Shown: positions 39,202 through 51,894 of the stretch, piece after piece | Layout of the letters: each line of letters starts with the position of its first letter | Numbering within the stretch: position 1 is the first letter of the stretch | The notes under the pieces: model-generated | Database searches by the model: none | Seen by the model: only the letters and a program-made list of their open reading frames with translations | What the model was told of the DNA's origin: nothing | Program-made: the position numbers and the translations under genes | From: Raja brachyura | Lineage: Eukaryota | NCBI GenBank assembly: GCA_963514005.1 | Contig: OY740798.1 | Coordinates: 51,522,001-51,586,000 of the forward strand | Direction of reading: 5' to 3' | Length of the DNA: 64,000 nucleotides

Positions 39202-39510
39202 ACGGCACAGTGACACGTCTGGTAGAATTGCTGCTTCATAATGCAGGAGACCCGGGTTCAATCCTGACCATGGGTGTAGTCTGTATGGGGGTTGTACGTT
39301 TTCCCAGTGACCACGTGGATTTTCTCCAGGTGCTCCGGTTTCCTCCCACACTCCAAAGACGTGGAAGTTTATGTTAATTGACTTCTGCAAAATAAAGTTG
39401 TAAATTGTCCGTAGAGTAGGATCGTGCTAGTGCACAGGGCGATCGCTGTTTGGTGCGGACGCGTTGGGCTGAAGGGCCAGTTTCCATGCTGCATGTCTAA
39501 AGTCTAAACT
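39202..39510 (+). mobile_element. tRNA-derived SINE (HE1-like)
   Basis: Degenerate A box, B box gggttcaatcc, family body and CR1-like tail. Confidence 0.75.
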
Positions 39511-39675
39511 AGTGTAGATGGGGCACTTTGGTCATTGTGGGCAAATTGGGCTGAAGGGTCTGCTTCTGTGCTGAATGCTGTGACCCTTAGACTTAAGAGT
39601 CTTATAATGTGACAGTTATTTCTGGCAATACACTGCATGGCAACTAACCCGAGGTTGCACTTGTCTTTAATACAG

Positions 39676-39996
39676 CTCAGCCGAAGCTGCATTTATCCAC
39701 ACAACATGTTACCATTGAGACTGGCGAGGAGAGGCTGGTGACGTGTGATGCTACGGGATTTTACCCTCAGGCACTTAACATCTACTGGGAAAAAGTATCC
39801 AAGGATAAGACTGAGAAACTAAGCCACGATGTCTTCATCACACCTCCAGTTCATAATCCGGATAAAACCTTTAATGTCTCCAGTAGAATGAGAATTGAAC
39901 CAACTCTAGTTGATAATGGCAATGTGTACAAGTGTGTCGTGGAGCATCCAGCAGATGATAACCGTCGCTCGCTCGAGTTGAGACTCACAGTCAAAG
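39676..39996 (+). CDS. NCR3LG1: Gene B exon 3: IgC1 domain
   Basis: Acceptor tttaatacag, donor AAG|gtatgt. VTCDATGFYPQALNIYWEK...NPDKTFNVSS...VYKCVVEH matches the C1-set pattern and B7-H6 (GFYPEAINITWEK...GTFNVTS...YQCVVRH, as recalled). Confidence 0.93.
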
Positions 39997-42293
39997 GTAT
40001 GTTACATCCTTTGGAAAAGTTTGGTTTAGTTTGTTATTGCCTAATCTACCGAGGTACAGTTACAAGCTTTTGTTTTGTGTGCTCTCGAGTCCAGAAAAGA
40101 TTAGTTTAGTTTAGATATGGTTATATAGTTTAGTTTATTGTCACGTGTACCAAGGTAAAGTGAAAAGCTTTTGTTTGCATGCTATCGAGTCACAGAAACA
40201 TCGAGAAGTAGGTGCAGGAGTAGGCCATTCGGCCCTTCGAGCCAGCATGATCATGGCTGATCATCCAAAATCAGTACCCTGTTCCTGCTTTTTCCCCATA
40301 TCCCTCAATTCCTTTAGCCCTAAGAGCTAAATCTAACTCTCTTGAAAACATCCAGTGAATTGGCCTCCACTGCCTTCTGTGGCAGAGAATTCCACCGATT
40401 CACAACTCTCTGAGTGAAGAAGTTTTTTCTCAACTCAGTCCTAAATGACCTACCCTTTATTCTTAAACTGTGACCCCTGGTTCTGGACTCCCCAACATCG
40501 GGAACATTTTTCCTGCATCTAGTCTGTCCAATCCTTTAAGAATTTAAGACCCCCTCTCATCCTTCTAAATTCCAGTGAATAGTAGTCCAGAATAGAGTAG
40601 TTTGGTTTAGTTTATATTCACGTGTACCAAACTGCAGTGAAAAGCTTTAGCTGTAAGCTAACCAGTCAGCGGGAAGACTGAAATTCTTGCAAGTGTTTAA
40701 TAGACATATGTACCGAAAACGGAACAATTCAATTCTTACTTGGATGGACTACTGTAGATGGGGCATCTTGGCCAGCATGGAGAGGTTGGGCTGAAGGGCC
40801 TATTTCCATGCTGTATGACTCTCTTCCACCACAAGTAGTTACTGTCTCAGCCATTGAGAATGAACATAATCCTGGCACATTTGTGGTTTGGTGGGGAAGT
40901 TTGGTGCTGGTCTTTCATTGACTACCTAGTAATTCATACAGATTTTTGTGGCCCTGGCAGTGCAAGCTTTTGGGAGACCCTGATAGAAATATCTAAGATG
41001 ATTAGAGGCATTGATAAGTGTAGAAGTCAGAACCTTTTTCCCAGAGTGGAAATATCAAAGACTGGAGGACATAGCTTCAAGGTAAACAGGGCAAAGATTA
41101 AAGAGGATGTGCAGAGCAAGTTTTTTACACAGAGAGTGTCTGGAACCCGCTGCCAGGGGTGGTGGTGGAGGCAGATACCATAGTGGCATTAACTAGGCTT
41201 AAATCTGCACATAGATATGCAGGGAATGGAGGGATATGGATTATATACAGGCAGATTAATTTAATTCGGCATCATGGTCAGCATGGACATTGTGGGCCGA
41301 AGGGCCTGTTCCTGTGCTGTACTGTTCTAAATTTGTTCTTTCCATATACCATTAAAATATCATTTTTTTCAGTTGCCTATTTGCCATGAATACACATTAC
41401 AGACACATTACGAACAATTTACAATCTTACCAAAGCCAATTAACTTACAAACCTGCATGTCTTGGATCGTGGGATGAAACCGGAGCACCGAGAGAAACCC
41501 ACACAGGTCACAGGGAGAACGTACAAACTCCGTACACACAGCATTTGTCGTCACGATTGATCCCGGGTTTTTGGTGCTGCAAGGCTGCAACTCCACTGCT
41601 GCGCCACTGTGCCGCTTCTAAAACTAACTATTCCACACCACTCTTGTGTACGTGTGGGTGAGTCGAGTCAGGAATTGAGGTGTGAATAGCCTTCTAAACC
41701 CTTGAGTTATTTCTGATTGCAGCAGAAGTCATGGAATCACTAATTGGAATTCCTAGGCCTTTAATTAAATGGGATATAAATTGCACCATTATGGTTTAAA
41801 TGTTTTTAATAACTGTTCCCCCCCCCTCCCATTTTCCTCCCCTTTATCACCCGCCCCCTTCCACCAAAATTCCTCCTTCCATGTTACATTTCACTCCTCC
41901 CCTTCTCTCCTTATCTGACATCTTTTGTCTCCTTATCATCTCTAGCCTTTTGTCCACCCATCCTCAATCAGTAAAAATCCCTCGTCACCTATCACTTTGC
42001 CCAACCCCCATTTTCTTTCCATCTTTCCCCCACTGCAATCAGACTGAAGGAAGGTCCCGACCTGAAACGTCACCTATCCATGTTCTCCAGAGAAGCTGCT
42101 GAGTTACTCCAGCACTCTGTGTTCTACACTACATTTTGGCTTCTGTAGTTCCTTGTGTCGCCTCTTTAAAATCCTGTCCACTTGTATTGTTATTTACTAT
42201 TGACAAAAATGAATGAGTCTGCAAATAAAGAAGGGTATTTCACGTGGTGTGGTTTTTGTGGGTATGCCTGATTCTTAATGTTTTACATTCCAG

Positions 42294-42407
42294 AACCTGT
42301 GGAATATTCGTCAACAGGGGCTATTGTTGCAGTTGTAGTTATTGCATTACTTCTATTCACAATACTTGCCTGTGGACTCTGGGTTTACTTCGTGAAATTG
42401 AGATCAG
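42294..42407 (+). CDS. NCR3LG1: Gene B exon 4: transmembrane segment
   Basis: Acceptor acattccag, donor CAG|gtaata. EPVEYSSTGAIVAVVVIALLLFTILACGLWVYFVKLRS is a hydrophobic helix followed by basic residues. Confidence 0.9.
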
Positions 42408-43231
42408 GTAATATGACAAATGGAGAAAGTTCCTCAATGCGTTGTAATTGCCTGCCTCGAGTTATAGCAGCTACAGCACGGAAACAGGCCATTCAGCCCA
42501 CCACATCCACGCCGACCATCGAGCACTCTTATACATAAATATAATTTCATTCAGCCCACTTCCCCATGAGCTCGTACCTGATCCGACCACATTCCTCACA
42601 CACAAGCGGAAAGTTACAGGGCACAATTTACCTAACTTTTTGGAGTGCAGGAGGAACCCAAAACACCCAACATGGGGAACATGCAAACTCCACATAGACA
42701 ACATCGGAGGTTAGCATTGAACCCCGCCTGTGTGCTGTGTACTGGAGTTGTGTGTCTTTTGTGATTCTTTGATTCCTTCTTGTTACATTTTCCCAACATG
42801 GAGGGCTGGTGAACTTTTAGTTTCAACCACAGTTGACCCTGTGGTGATTGTATACCCATATAGACAAGCAACCAGGCTTGGAGCTTCTCTTTGAATGGCA
42901 TTCTGGGCATAACTTGTTTCAGTTATAATTTTAGAGATACAGTGTGGAAACAGGCCCTTCCACGCTGACCAGTGATCGCCCCTTATACTAGTTCTATCCT
43001 TCTCACTTGGGACAATAAACAGAAGCCAATTAACCCACAAGCCTATACGTCTGTGGAAACTGGGAGAAAACCCACGCGGTCACAGGGAGAACGTATAAAC
43101 TCCGTACAGACAGCACCCGAGGTCAGGATTAAACCCGGTGTCTGGTGGTGTGAAGTAGCAGTTTTCCATTGCACCTCATTGCCGCCCATATTAACTTGGA
43201 TTAAATTTTGAAAGGCCTGTTCCTGATTGCA

Positions 43232-43411
43232 NNNNNNNNNNNNNNNNNNNNNNNNNNNNNNNNNNNNNNNNNNNNNNNNNNNNNNNNNNNNNNNNNNNNN
43301 NNNNNNNNNNNNNNNNNNNNNNNNNNNNNNNNNNNNNNNNNNNNNNNNNNNNNNNNNNNNNNNNNNNNNNNNNNNNNNNNNNNNNNNNNNNNNNNNNNNN
43401 NNNNNNNNNNN
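43232..43411. other. Assembly gap (180 N)
   Basis: Run of N between exon 4 and exon 5. Confidence 1.
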
Positions 43412-43644
43412 CTTACAGCATAACAATTAAAATGAATGTACAAGAAAGAATATTTAATGTAGGAAGGAACTGCAGATGCTGGTTTACACTGAAGGTAGAC
43501 ACAAATTGCTGTGCGGGTCAGGCAGCATCTCTGGAGAAAAGGAATAGGCGACGTTTTTGGGTCAAGACCCTTCTTCAGACCCTTGTATCTTCAGAAAGAA
43601 CATTTAGATTGCCAAGTCCTATTTACCTGCTTTGTTTTGACTAG

Positions 43645-44082
43645 TTTCTCCAGAGATCAATGGAGCCAATGGACGTCAAACCATGAAACATCATGAAAAA
43701 AAAAAGGCCACTTGGAGTGTTAGTCCATTCCGACCTCGTGAAATTACAATTCACTTATACCTAAAGAGGAAGGGGGATCAGGTGAGAAATCCAATTTTAA
43801 ATTGGAACAGCAAAGAGTATATTCCAGACAGAAATGGAATGATCAATGGAGAGGGTCGCAATGAAGCGAAGATTCTTATGAATTCAAATTGCGTTGATGC
43901 ATCTTTTACACCATTGGATCACGAATATAACATTAATGCAGATGGGACTTACAGTGTGACGATCAATGGAGAAATATATCCAGATGTTAACAAGGATGCA
44001 GGGGCTGAATTAACCATTGAAGTTCAACATAAATCACTGAAACAGCCGATATCAAAGACTTTGATACTGGATGTAAAAGGAG
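43645..44082 (+). CDS. Gene B exon 5: post-TM C1-type Ig domain lacking the canonical disulfide
   Basis: Acceptor tttgttttgactag, donor GAG|gtaaag, 438 nt, phase 1-1. ATWSVSPFRP...NADGTYSVT...ELTIEVQHKSLKQPISKTL. Confidence 0.85.
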
Positions 44083-44144
44083 GTAAAGTATAAATGTTTT
44101 CTTTAATCATTAATGTCTATATATTGTGATTTAATTCTCAATGT

Positions 44145-44705
44145 CTTCAGTCATAGAGTGATACAGCGTAGAAACAGGCCCTTCAGCCCAACTTGCCCAA
44201 GCCGACCAACATGTCAGTCAGTCTGGACACTTCATCCCATCTGCCTACGTTTGGTCCATATCCCTCTAAACCTGTTCTATCCATGTACCTGCCAAAATAT
44301 TTATTTAAAATTGTGATAGTACCTACCTCAACTACCTCGTCTGGCAGCTTGTTCCACACACTCACCACCTTTGTATGAAAAGGTTACCCCTCAGATTCTG
44401 ATAAAATCTTTCCACCTTCCTTATCTTAAATCTATGTCCTCTGGTCCTCGATTCACCTACTCTGGGTAAAAGACTCTGTGCATCTACTCGATCTAGTCCT
44501 CTGATAATCTTCTACACCTCTATTTGATCACCCCTCATCCTCCTGTGCTCCAAGGAATAGAGTCCTAGCCTGCTCAACCTCTCCCTCTAGCTCAGACCCT
44601 CAGATCCCGGCAACATCCTCGTAAATCTTCTCTGCACTCTTTCCAGCTTGACAACATCTCTATTGTAACAAGGTGTCCAAAACTGAACACAATACTCTAA
44701 ATGCA
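44145..44705 (-). mobile_element. CR1 3' fragment
   Basis: CR1 C-terminus and catagagt tail. Confidence 0.85.
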
Positions 44706-45434
44706 TGATTATGCGTTCATATTAACATCTATAATTTGTAACATTGATGTGTTTATGCAATGAGAGCATGGAACAGCACAGCACAGGAACAGCCCCTTTG
44801 GCCCACAATGTCCATGCTGAACATGATGCCAAGATTAACTAATCTCTGCTGCTTGCACGTAATCCATGTCCCTCCATTCCCTGCTCATTCATGTGCCTAT
44901 CTAAAAGCTTCTTAAAAACCACCATTGTGTCTGGTGTCTGCCTCCACCACTGCCCTGGCAGCGTGTTCCACGCTGTGTTTAAAAATGAAACTTGCCCCTC
45001 ACCTCTCCTTTAAACTTTCCCACTCTAATCTTAAAGCTATGCCCCCCAGTCTTTGACATTTCTGCCCTGGGAAAAATATTCTGACTGCCTACCTTTCATC
45101 ATGTATGTCTCGATGGGCCGAAGGGCCTGTTTCCACGCTGTACCTCTAAACTAAACTAAATCAGGACCATTCTCTGGTTGGTAATAGGATGGTTCAATTG
45201 CCTGATGACAACTAATACATTAGTAATAGTAATACATTTGCAATGGAGCGGCTGGAACTGCACGCAATACTCCAACTGTGGCCTAACCAAGGTCTGCAGA
45301 GCTGCATCATGACCTCAACTCCTTTAGGAGATTCATCAGTTGACTCAAGTCACGGAATATTCACACAGTAATGTAATATTTTCTTGCTTTTGTGAATTTC
45401 AACTAGGTGATTTGTTTGTTTTCTTTTCTCAAAG

Positions 45435-45812
45435 TGCCACCCAAGGTTTTAAACATCTTCAAACCCTCTTGCATCATTCACAATAAATCTGCATCTTTGA
45501 TCTGTTCAATCACTGGGTTTAAACCGAGACCGTTACGTATCACGTGGCAACGAAAGAGAAAGAACATGGAGGCGGAAGAAATAGTTCGAATGGAGGAGGA
45601 CAACAGGACAATTATTCCCGGTGGTGACGGGGAGATGTCCAAATATAAACATTACATCAGTGAGATGAAGCATGATGATGAATCCTACAGCATCACCAGT
45701 GTACTCGTGATAGTGCCTGATATACAGCAAGATCAACACTCGCTTTACACGTGTAAAGTACATCACAGCGGCACCGGTGACCAGGAGAGAGAAATCGAGT
45801 TAATGATTGCAG
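45435..45812 (+). CDS. Gene B exon 6: second post-TM C1-type Ig domain (Cys and Trp retained)
   Basis: Acceptor ttttcttttctcaaag, donor CAG|gtatat, 378 nt. LICSITGFKP...ITW...DDESYSITSVL...LYTCKVHH. Confidence 0.9.
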
Positions 45813-46076
45813 GTATATAATACTTCCATCTAAGCTTTGCATTGACAGAGGATGCAGAGTGCCTACTTATTTGGAACGGTGTCTTAAATATCATACCACA
45901 ACCATTAATGTACGCAGTGCGTTTGAAGGCTCTGGGTCTGTACTCGCTGGAGTTTAGAAGGACGAGGGGGGGATCTCATTGAACCTACTGAATAATGAAA
46001 GGCCTGGATAGAGTGGATGTAGAAAAGATGTTTCCACTAATGTGAGACTCCAGGACCAGGCTAAGAGTAAAAGGAT

Positions 46077-47473
46077 TACACAAAAAGCTGGAGAAACTCA
46101 GCGGGTGCAGCAGCATCTAAGGAGTGAAGGAGATAGGCGACGTTTCGGGTCGAGACCCTTCTTCAGACTGGTCAGGGATCAGGGAAACGAGAGATATAAA
46201 CAGTGATATGGAGAGATAAAGCAAGAACAATGAGTGAAAGATATGCAAAAAAGTATTGGTGATAAGGAAAGCAGGCCATTGTAAGCTGTTTCTGGTGCGA
46301 AAATGAGAAGCTAGTGCGACTTGGGGGGGGGGGGGGAGATGGAGAAGGAATGTCAGGGCCCGAGGGCTGAGGGAGAGGTGGGGGGGTGGGGGGAAAGGAG
46401 CAGTCTGGGTTAACAGAATTGAGAAAATTCAATGTTTAAGCCCAGAGGATGCAGACTCCCCAAGCGGAATATGAGATGTTGTTCCTCAAACTTGCGGTGT
46501 TGTTCACTCTGGCCATGGAGGAGGCCCAGGACCGAGAGGTCGGATACGGAGTGGGAGGGGGAGTTGAAGTGCTGAGCCACCAGGAGGTCGGGTTGGTTAT
46601 TACGGACCGAGCGGAGGTGTTCGGCGAAACGATCGCCTAGCCTCCGCTTGGTCTCACCGATGTAGATTAGCTGGCATCTGGAGCAACGGATGCAGTAGAC
46701 GAGGTTGGAGGAGGTGCAGGTGAACCTCTGTCGGACTTGGAATGACTGCTTGGGTCCCTGAAAGGAGTGGATGGGGGAGGTGAAGGAACAAGTGTAGCAT
46801 CTCTTGCGGTTGCAAGGGAAAGTGCCCGGGGAAGGAGTGGAGCAGGAGGGAAGGGAAGAATTGACGAGGGAGTTGCGGAGGGAGCGGTCTTTGCGGAAGG
46901 CAGATAGGGGGGGAGATGGGAAGATGTGGCGAATGGAGGGGTCACGTTGGAGGTGGCGAAACTGGCGGAGGACTATCTGTTGTATGCGCTGGCTGGTGGG
47001 GTGAAAGGTGAGAACCAGGGGACTCGGCCCTTGTTGTGAGTGGGGGAATGGGGAGAGAGGGCAGTGTTGCGGGGTATGGAGGAGACCCTGGTGCGAGCCT
47101 CATCGATAGTGGGGGAGGGGAAACCCCGTTCTCTGAAGAACGAGTACATTTGCGATGACCTGGTGTGGAACACGTCATCCTGGGAGCAGATGCGGCGTAG
47201 TCGGAGGAATTGGGAATATCGGATGGAGTCCTTACAGGAAGCAGGGTGGGAGGAAGAGTAGTCCAGGTAGCTGTGGGAGTCAGTTGGTTTGTAGTGGATG
47301 TCAGTCAGGAGTGTGTCACCTGCAATAGAGATGGTGAGGTCAAGGAATGGTAGGGAAATGTCGGAAATGGTCCAAGTATATTTGAGTGCCGGATGGAAGT
47401 TGGTGGTGAAATGGATAAAGTCAGTCAGTTCTGCGTGGGTGCAGGAGGTGACACCAAAGCAGTCGTCAATGTG
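46077..47473 (-). mobile_element. 5'-truncated Penelope-like element (Neptune-type RT C-terminus, GIY-YIG, 3' pLTR region) with 14-bp TSD
   Basis: Minus strand reads IDDCFG...LPFLD...YKPTD...FLRLRRIC, Cys linker CNRKRCYTC, and NLVYCIRCSRCQLIYIGETKRRLGDRFAEH. TSD aagagtaaaaggat at 46063-46076 and 47474-47487 lies within a CR1 3' end. Confidence 0.93.
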
Positions 47474-48991
47474 AAGAGTAAAAGGATGTACCTTTAGAAT
47501 GGAGATGAGGAATTTCTTTAGTCAGAGGTTGGTGACTCGGTGGAGTTCATTGCTACAGGCAGCTGTGGAAGCCAAGTCATTGGGTTTTTCAAAGCGGAGA
47601 TTTATAGGTTCTTGATTAGCAAGAATGTCAAAGGTTATGGGGAGAAGGCAGGAGAATGTGGTTGAGGGAAAATAGATCAACTATGATTGAATGGCAAAGT
47701 AGACTTGATGGGCCGAATGGCCTAATTTTGCTCCTATAACTTATGAACGTATGAATTATCTAATGATATAGAACGTAGAACAGTACGGCACAACCACTCA
47801 ACCCACAATGTCTGACCAACACTCATCTGCCTGCACATAATCCATATCCCTCCATATCCATGTGCCTATCCAAAAGTCTATTAAATGCCACTATCCTTTC
47901 TGCCTCGACCACCATCCCCGATAACACGTTCCAGACACTCACCCCCTTCAATATTAAAAAAATGGACCCACACATATTCTTTAAAATTCGCCCCTCTCAC
48001 CTTAAAACTATGGCCTCTAGTATTTGATTTTTCTATTCTTTTTTTCCAGACAGAGGCTCTGACTGTCTACCCTATCTAGGCCTCTCCTGATTTTATGTAC
48101 CTCTATCAGGTCTGAGACCTTTTTGACCACCCGATCTACCTGCGACTCCACCTTCAAGGAACCTTGCACCTGAACTCCTAGATCCCTCTGCTCTACAACA
48201 CTCCCCAGAGCCCCACCATTTACTGTGTTGTTCCTGCCCATGTTAGACTTCCCAAAATGCAACATCTTACATTCTCTGTATTAAATTCCATCATCTATTC
48301 CTCAGCCCACCTGGCCAATCGACCCAGATCCAGCTGCAATTCTTCACAACAATCTTCACTAACTGCAAAACCACCCATTTTTTTAACTTATGTTTCTGCC
48401 GACAAGTATAGATCCCTTCATTTATTTTCTTGCATTAACCTTGGAACTATATTCTGCACTCGGTATCTTCCCCTTTGTTCTATCTATTGTACTTGGATTT
48501 GACTTGATTGTGTTTATGCCTGGTACATCTGATCTGGTGGAATTGCTACAAAACAAAGCTTTTCGCTGTTCCCGTACATGTGACAAAAATACACTTGAAC
48601 CTACACCACGTGATTTTACTGCAGTAAGATCTTCTGCCATGAGCCACAAGTGCATTTGCTGAATTGTTTCAATTTATATTCCCTGGGTTGACAGAGAGAC
48701 ATTTTGTCCAGTGTGAATAGCCCAGAATTGTTCATTCTGAAGTCTAGTAAACATTTGCCTTGTAGCAGGGATGGGATCAGAGGGAATTTGATGTGTAGAG
48801 TGATGTATTTAACCAAATAACAATTGTACATAACTTGTTCTGCAGCAACATGCAGATCTTTAGTCAGGTTAAGGCTTCTCTTAGAATCATAGAGTGATAC
48901 AGTGTGGAAACAGGCCCTTCGGCCCAATTTGCCCACACCGGCCAACATGTCCCAGCTACACGAGTCCCACCTGCCAGCATTTGATCCATAT

Positions 48992-49833
48992 AAGGTTCAT
49001 AAGATTCATTTATTGTCACATACACCAGTTGGTGTAGTGAAATTCGAGTTGCCATTGCAGCACGCTAATAAGAATACAACATAACATTATAAAGAAATTT
49101 AACATAAAACATAAAAACATCCCCCCACAAAGGTTCCCACTGTGGGGGAAGGCACAAAGTCCAGTCCCCACCCCCTTGTCCACCCATAGTCGGGCCTATT
49201 GAGGCCTCTGCAGTCGGCACTACGGGGCCCGATGTTCCAGGCCCTTCTCGCCGGGTGATGGTGCTCCGGCGACGGGAGAACCCTCACAGCGGCTCAGGGT
49301 GCCTGTAACGGCAGCTTCCTTACCGGAGACCGCAGCTACCGAAGCCAACAGGCCGCGCTGGATGGAGCTCCACCACTGGTGATCTCAGCGAGAGATCCCA
49401 GGCTCCCGGTGTTAAAGTCAGCACCGCCGCCCGTGGCTGGCCGCTCCACAGTCCCGCAGCTCCACGATGTTTGATCAGCGGTCTCAGCATTCCGGAGCTC
49501 CAGCGCGGTGACCCGGGCAAGGCATTGCGAGCTCCGCGATAGCGCTGCGCTGCCGCTGAAGCTGTGGTTCTGGCCGGTCCACTCAGGAAACGCTGCTCCA
49601 GACCCGATGGCAGGCTGCGAGGACGGGTCGAAGTTGCTGCTCAGAGGAAAGCTGCCTCTCTGACAAGGTAGGGACTGAGAAATACAGTTTCCTCCTCCCC
49701 CCCCCCCACACCCCCACACATAAAAGAATAGACCTCCAAACAACACTATTTAACGTACTAAAAATTTTAAAAAGGAGTGAAAGGACGGACAGCTGCAGGC
49801 AGGGCAGCCATACCCAACTGGACTGCGCCCCCA
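48992..49833 (-). mobile_element. Non-autonomous retroelement inserted in a CR1 tail
   Basis: Absent from duplication copy A. LINE-like 3' end (tgtgacaataaatgaatc on minus), GC-rich body, short atat duplication. Confidence 0.65.
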
Positions 49834-50029
49834 ATATCCCTCTAAACCTGTCCTATCCATGTGCCGGTCTAACTGCTTCTTAAATGTTGGGATAGTTCCT
49901 GCCTCAACTGTGTCCTCTGGCAGCTTGTTGCATACACCCACATGCAAAATTTCTCTTTGCCATTGTGTAGGAAGGAACTGCAGATGCTGTTTTAAACCAA
50001 AGATAGACTGTCTGAAGATGGGTCTTCGA

Positions 50030-51470
50030 CTTTGGATCAGTCTTCACTAAAGATGACACAAACAATCTCTCTGATGTACTAGTGGATCTGGGGTGACGAA
50101 GGAACTGAAGAAAATCCACATTAGGCAGGAAATGGTGTTGGGTAGACTGAAGACTGATAAATCCCAAGGGCCCGATGGTCTCATCCCAGGATACTTAAGG
50201 AGGTAGCTCTGGAAATCATAGGCGCATTGGTGATCATTTTCCAATGTTCTGTAGATTCAGGATCAGTTCTTGAGGGTTGGAGGGGAGTTAATGTTATCCC
50301 ACTTGTTAAGAAAGACGGGAGAGAGAAAACAGGGAATTATAGACCAGTTAGCCTGACATTGGTGGTGGGAAAGATGCTGGAGTCAATTATAAAAGATGAA
50401 ATAGTGGCACATTTGGATAGCAGTAGCAGGATTGGTCCGAGTCAGCATGGATTTACGAAGGGGAATTCATGCTTGACTAATCTTCTGGAATTTTTTGAGT
50501 ATGTAACCAGGAAAATGGACAAGGGAGAGCCAGTGGATGTAGTGCACCTGGACTTTCAGAAAGCATTTGATGAGGTCCACATAGGAGATTAGTGGGAAAA
50601 ATGAGAGCACATGGTATTGGGAGTAGAGTGCTGACATGGATAGAAAATTGGTTAGCAGACAGGAAACAAAGAGTAGGGACCCTTTCAGAATGGCTGGCAG
50701 TGACAAGTGAGGTGCCGCAGCTATTTATAATATACATTAATGATCTAGATGAAGGAATTCAAAGTAATATTAGCAAATTTGCAGATGACACAAAGCTGGG
50801 TGGCAGTGTGAACTGTGAAGAGGATGCCATGAGGATGCAGGGTGACTTGGACAGGTCGGGTGAGTGGGCAGATGCACGGCAGATGCAGTTTAATGTGGAT
50901 AAATGTGAGCTTATCCAGTTTGGTGGCAAAAACAGGAAGGCAGACTATCATCTAAATGGTGTCAACTTGGGAAAAGGGGAAGTACAATGGGATCTGGGGG
51001 TCCTTGTTCATCAGTCACTGAAAGTAAGCATGCAGGTACAGCAGGCAGTGAAGAAAGCGATAACAAGAGGAGTTGAGCATAGGAGCAAAGAGTTCCTTCT
51101 GCAGTTGTACAAGGACCTGGTGAGACCGCACCTGGAGTATTGTGTGCAGGTTTGTTCTCCAAATTTGAGGAAGGACATTCTTGCTATTGAGGGAGTGCAG
51201 CGTATGTTCAGCAGATTAATTCCTGGGATGGCGGGACTGTCATGTGTTGACAGAATGGAGCAGATGAGCTTGTAACAGTGCCTCAGAAGGAGGAGGAGAC
51301 CGGTTCTCTGGATGCTTTCAAGATCGAGCTCGTAAAAATAGTGGAGTCATGAGATATGGAGAGAAGGCAGGAACAGGGTACTGATTGTGGATGATCAGCC
51401 ATGATCACATTGGATGGCGGTGCTGGCTCGAAGGGCCGAATGTCCTACTTCTGCACCTATTGTCTATTGT
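50030..51470 (+). mobile_element. CR1 RT and 3' end
   Basis: ORFs 50227 and 50592 with NYRPVSLT, QHGF, YINDL, KFADDTK. Confidence 0.92.
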
Positions 51471-51894
51471 CCCGAAATATTACCCATTCCTTCTCTCCAG
51501 AGATGCCGCCTGTCCCGCTGAGTTACTCCAGCTTTTTGTGTCTATATTCTCTTTACCATTTCCATCTTGACAATATCTTTCCTATAGCATGGTGCCCATA
51601 ACTAAACACAATAATCGAAATGCGGTTTCACCAACGTCTTATACAACTGCAACATGACCTAACTTCTCAATACTCAGACTGATCAAGGCCAATGTGCTAA
51701 AGTCATTTTTGACCTCCCGATCGATCTGCGACCCTACCTTCAAGGGACCATGCACCTGCACTCCTAGATCCCTCTGCTCTACAACATTCCCCAGAGCCCA
51801 ACCATTCACTGTGTCGGTCCTGCCCAGGTCAGAATTCCCAAAATACAACACCTCGTTCTCTGTATTAAATTCCATCAATCATCCCTCGGCCCAC

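Noticed and set aside
36363-39996. Tapasin, SIRP, butyrophilin or antigen-receptor identity
   Set aside because: No tapasin N-terminal domain or TM lysine, no B30.2 exon, no RSS or J segments seen. The V-domain VTP.KA and C1 motifs fit B7-H6 best; phylogeny is needed to confirm.
43043-43443. ORFs spanning the N run
   Set aside because: Artefacts of the assembly gap.
43645-45812. ITIM/ITAM motifs in post-TM exons
   Set aside because: The tyrosines (GTYSVT, ESYSIT, SLYTCK) are Ig framework residues and do not fit the consensus.
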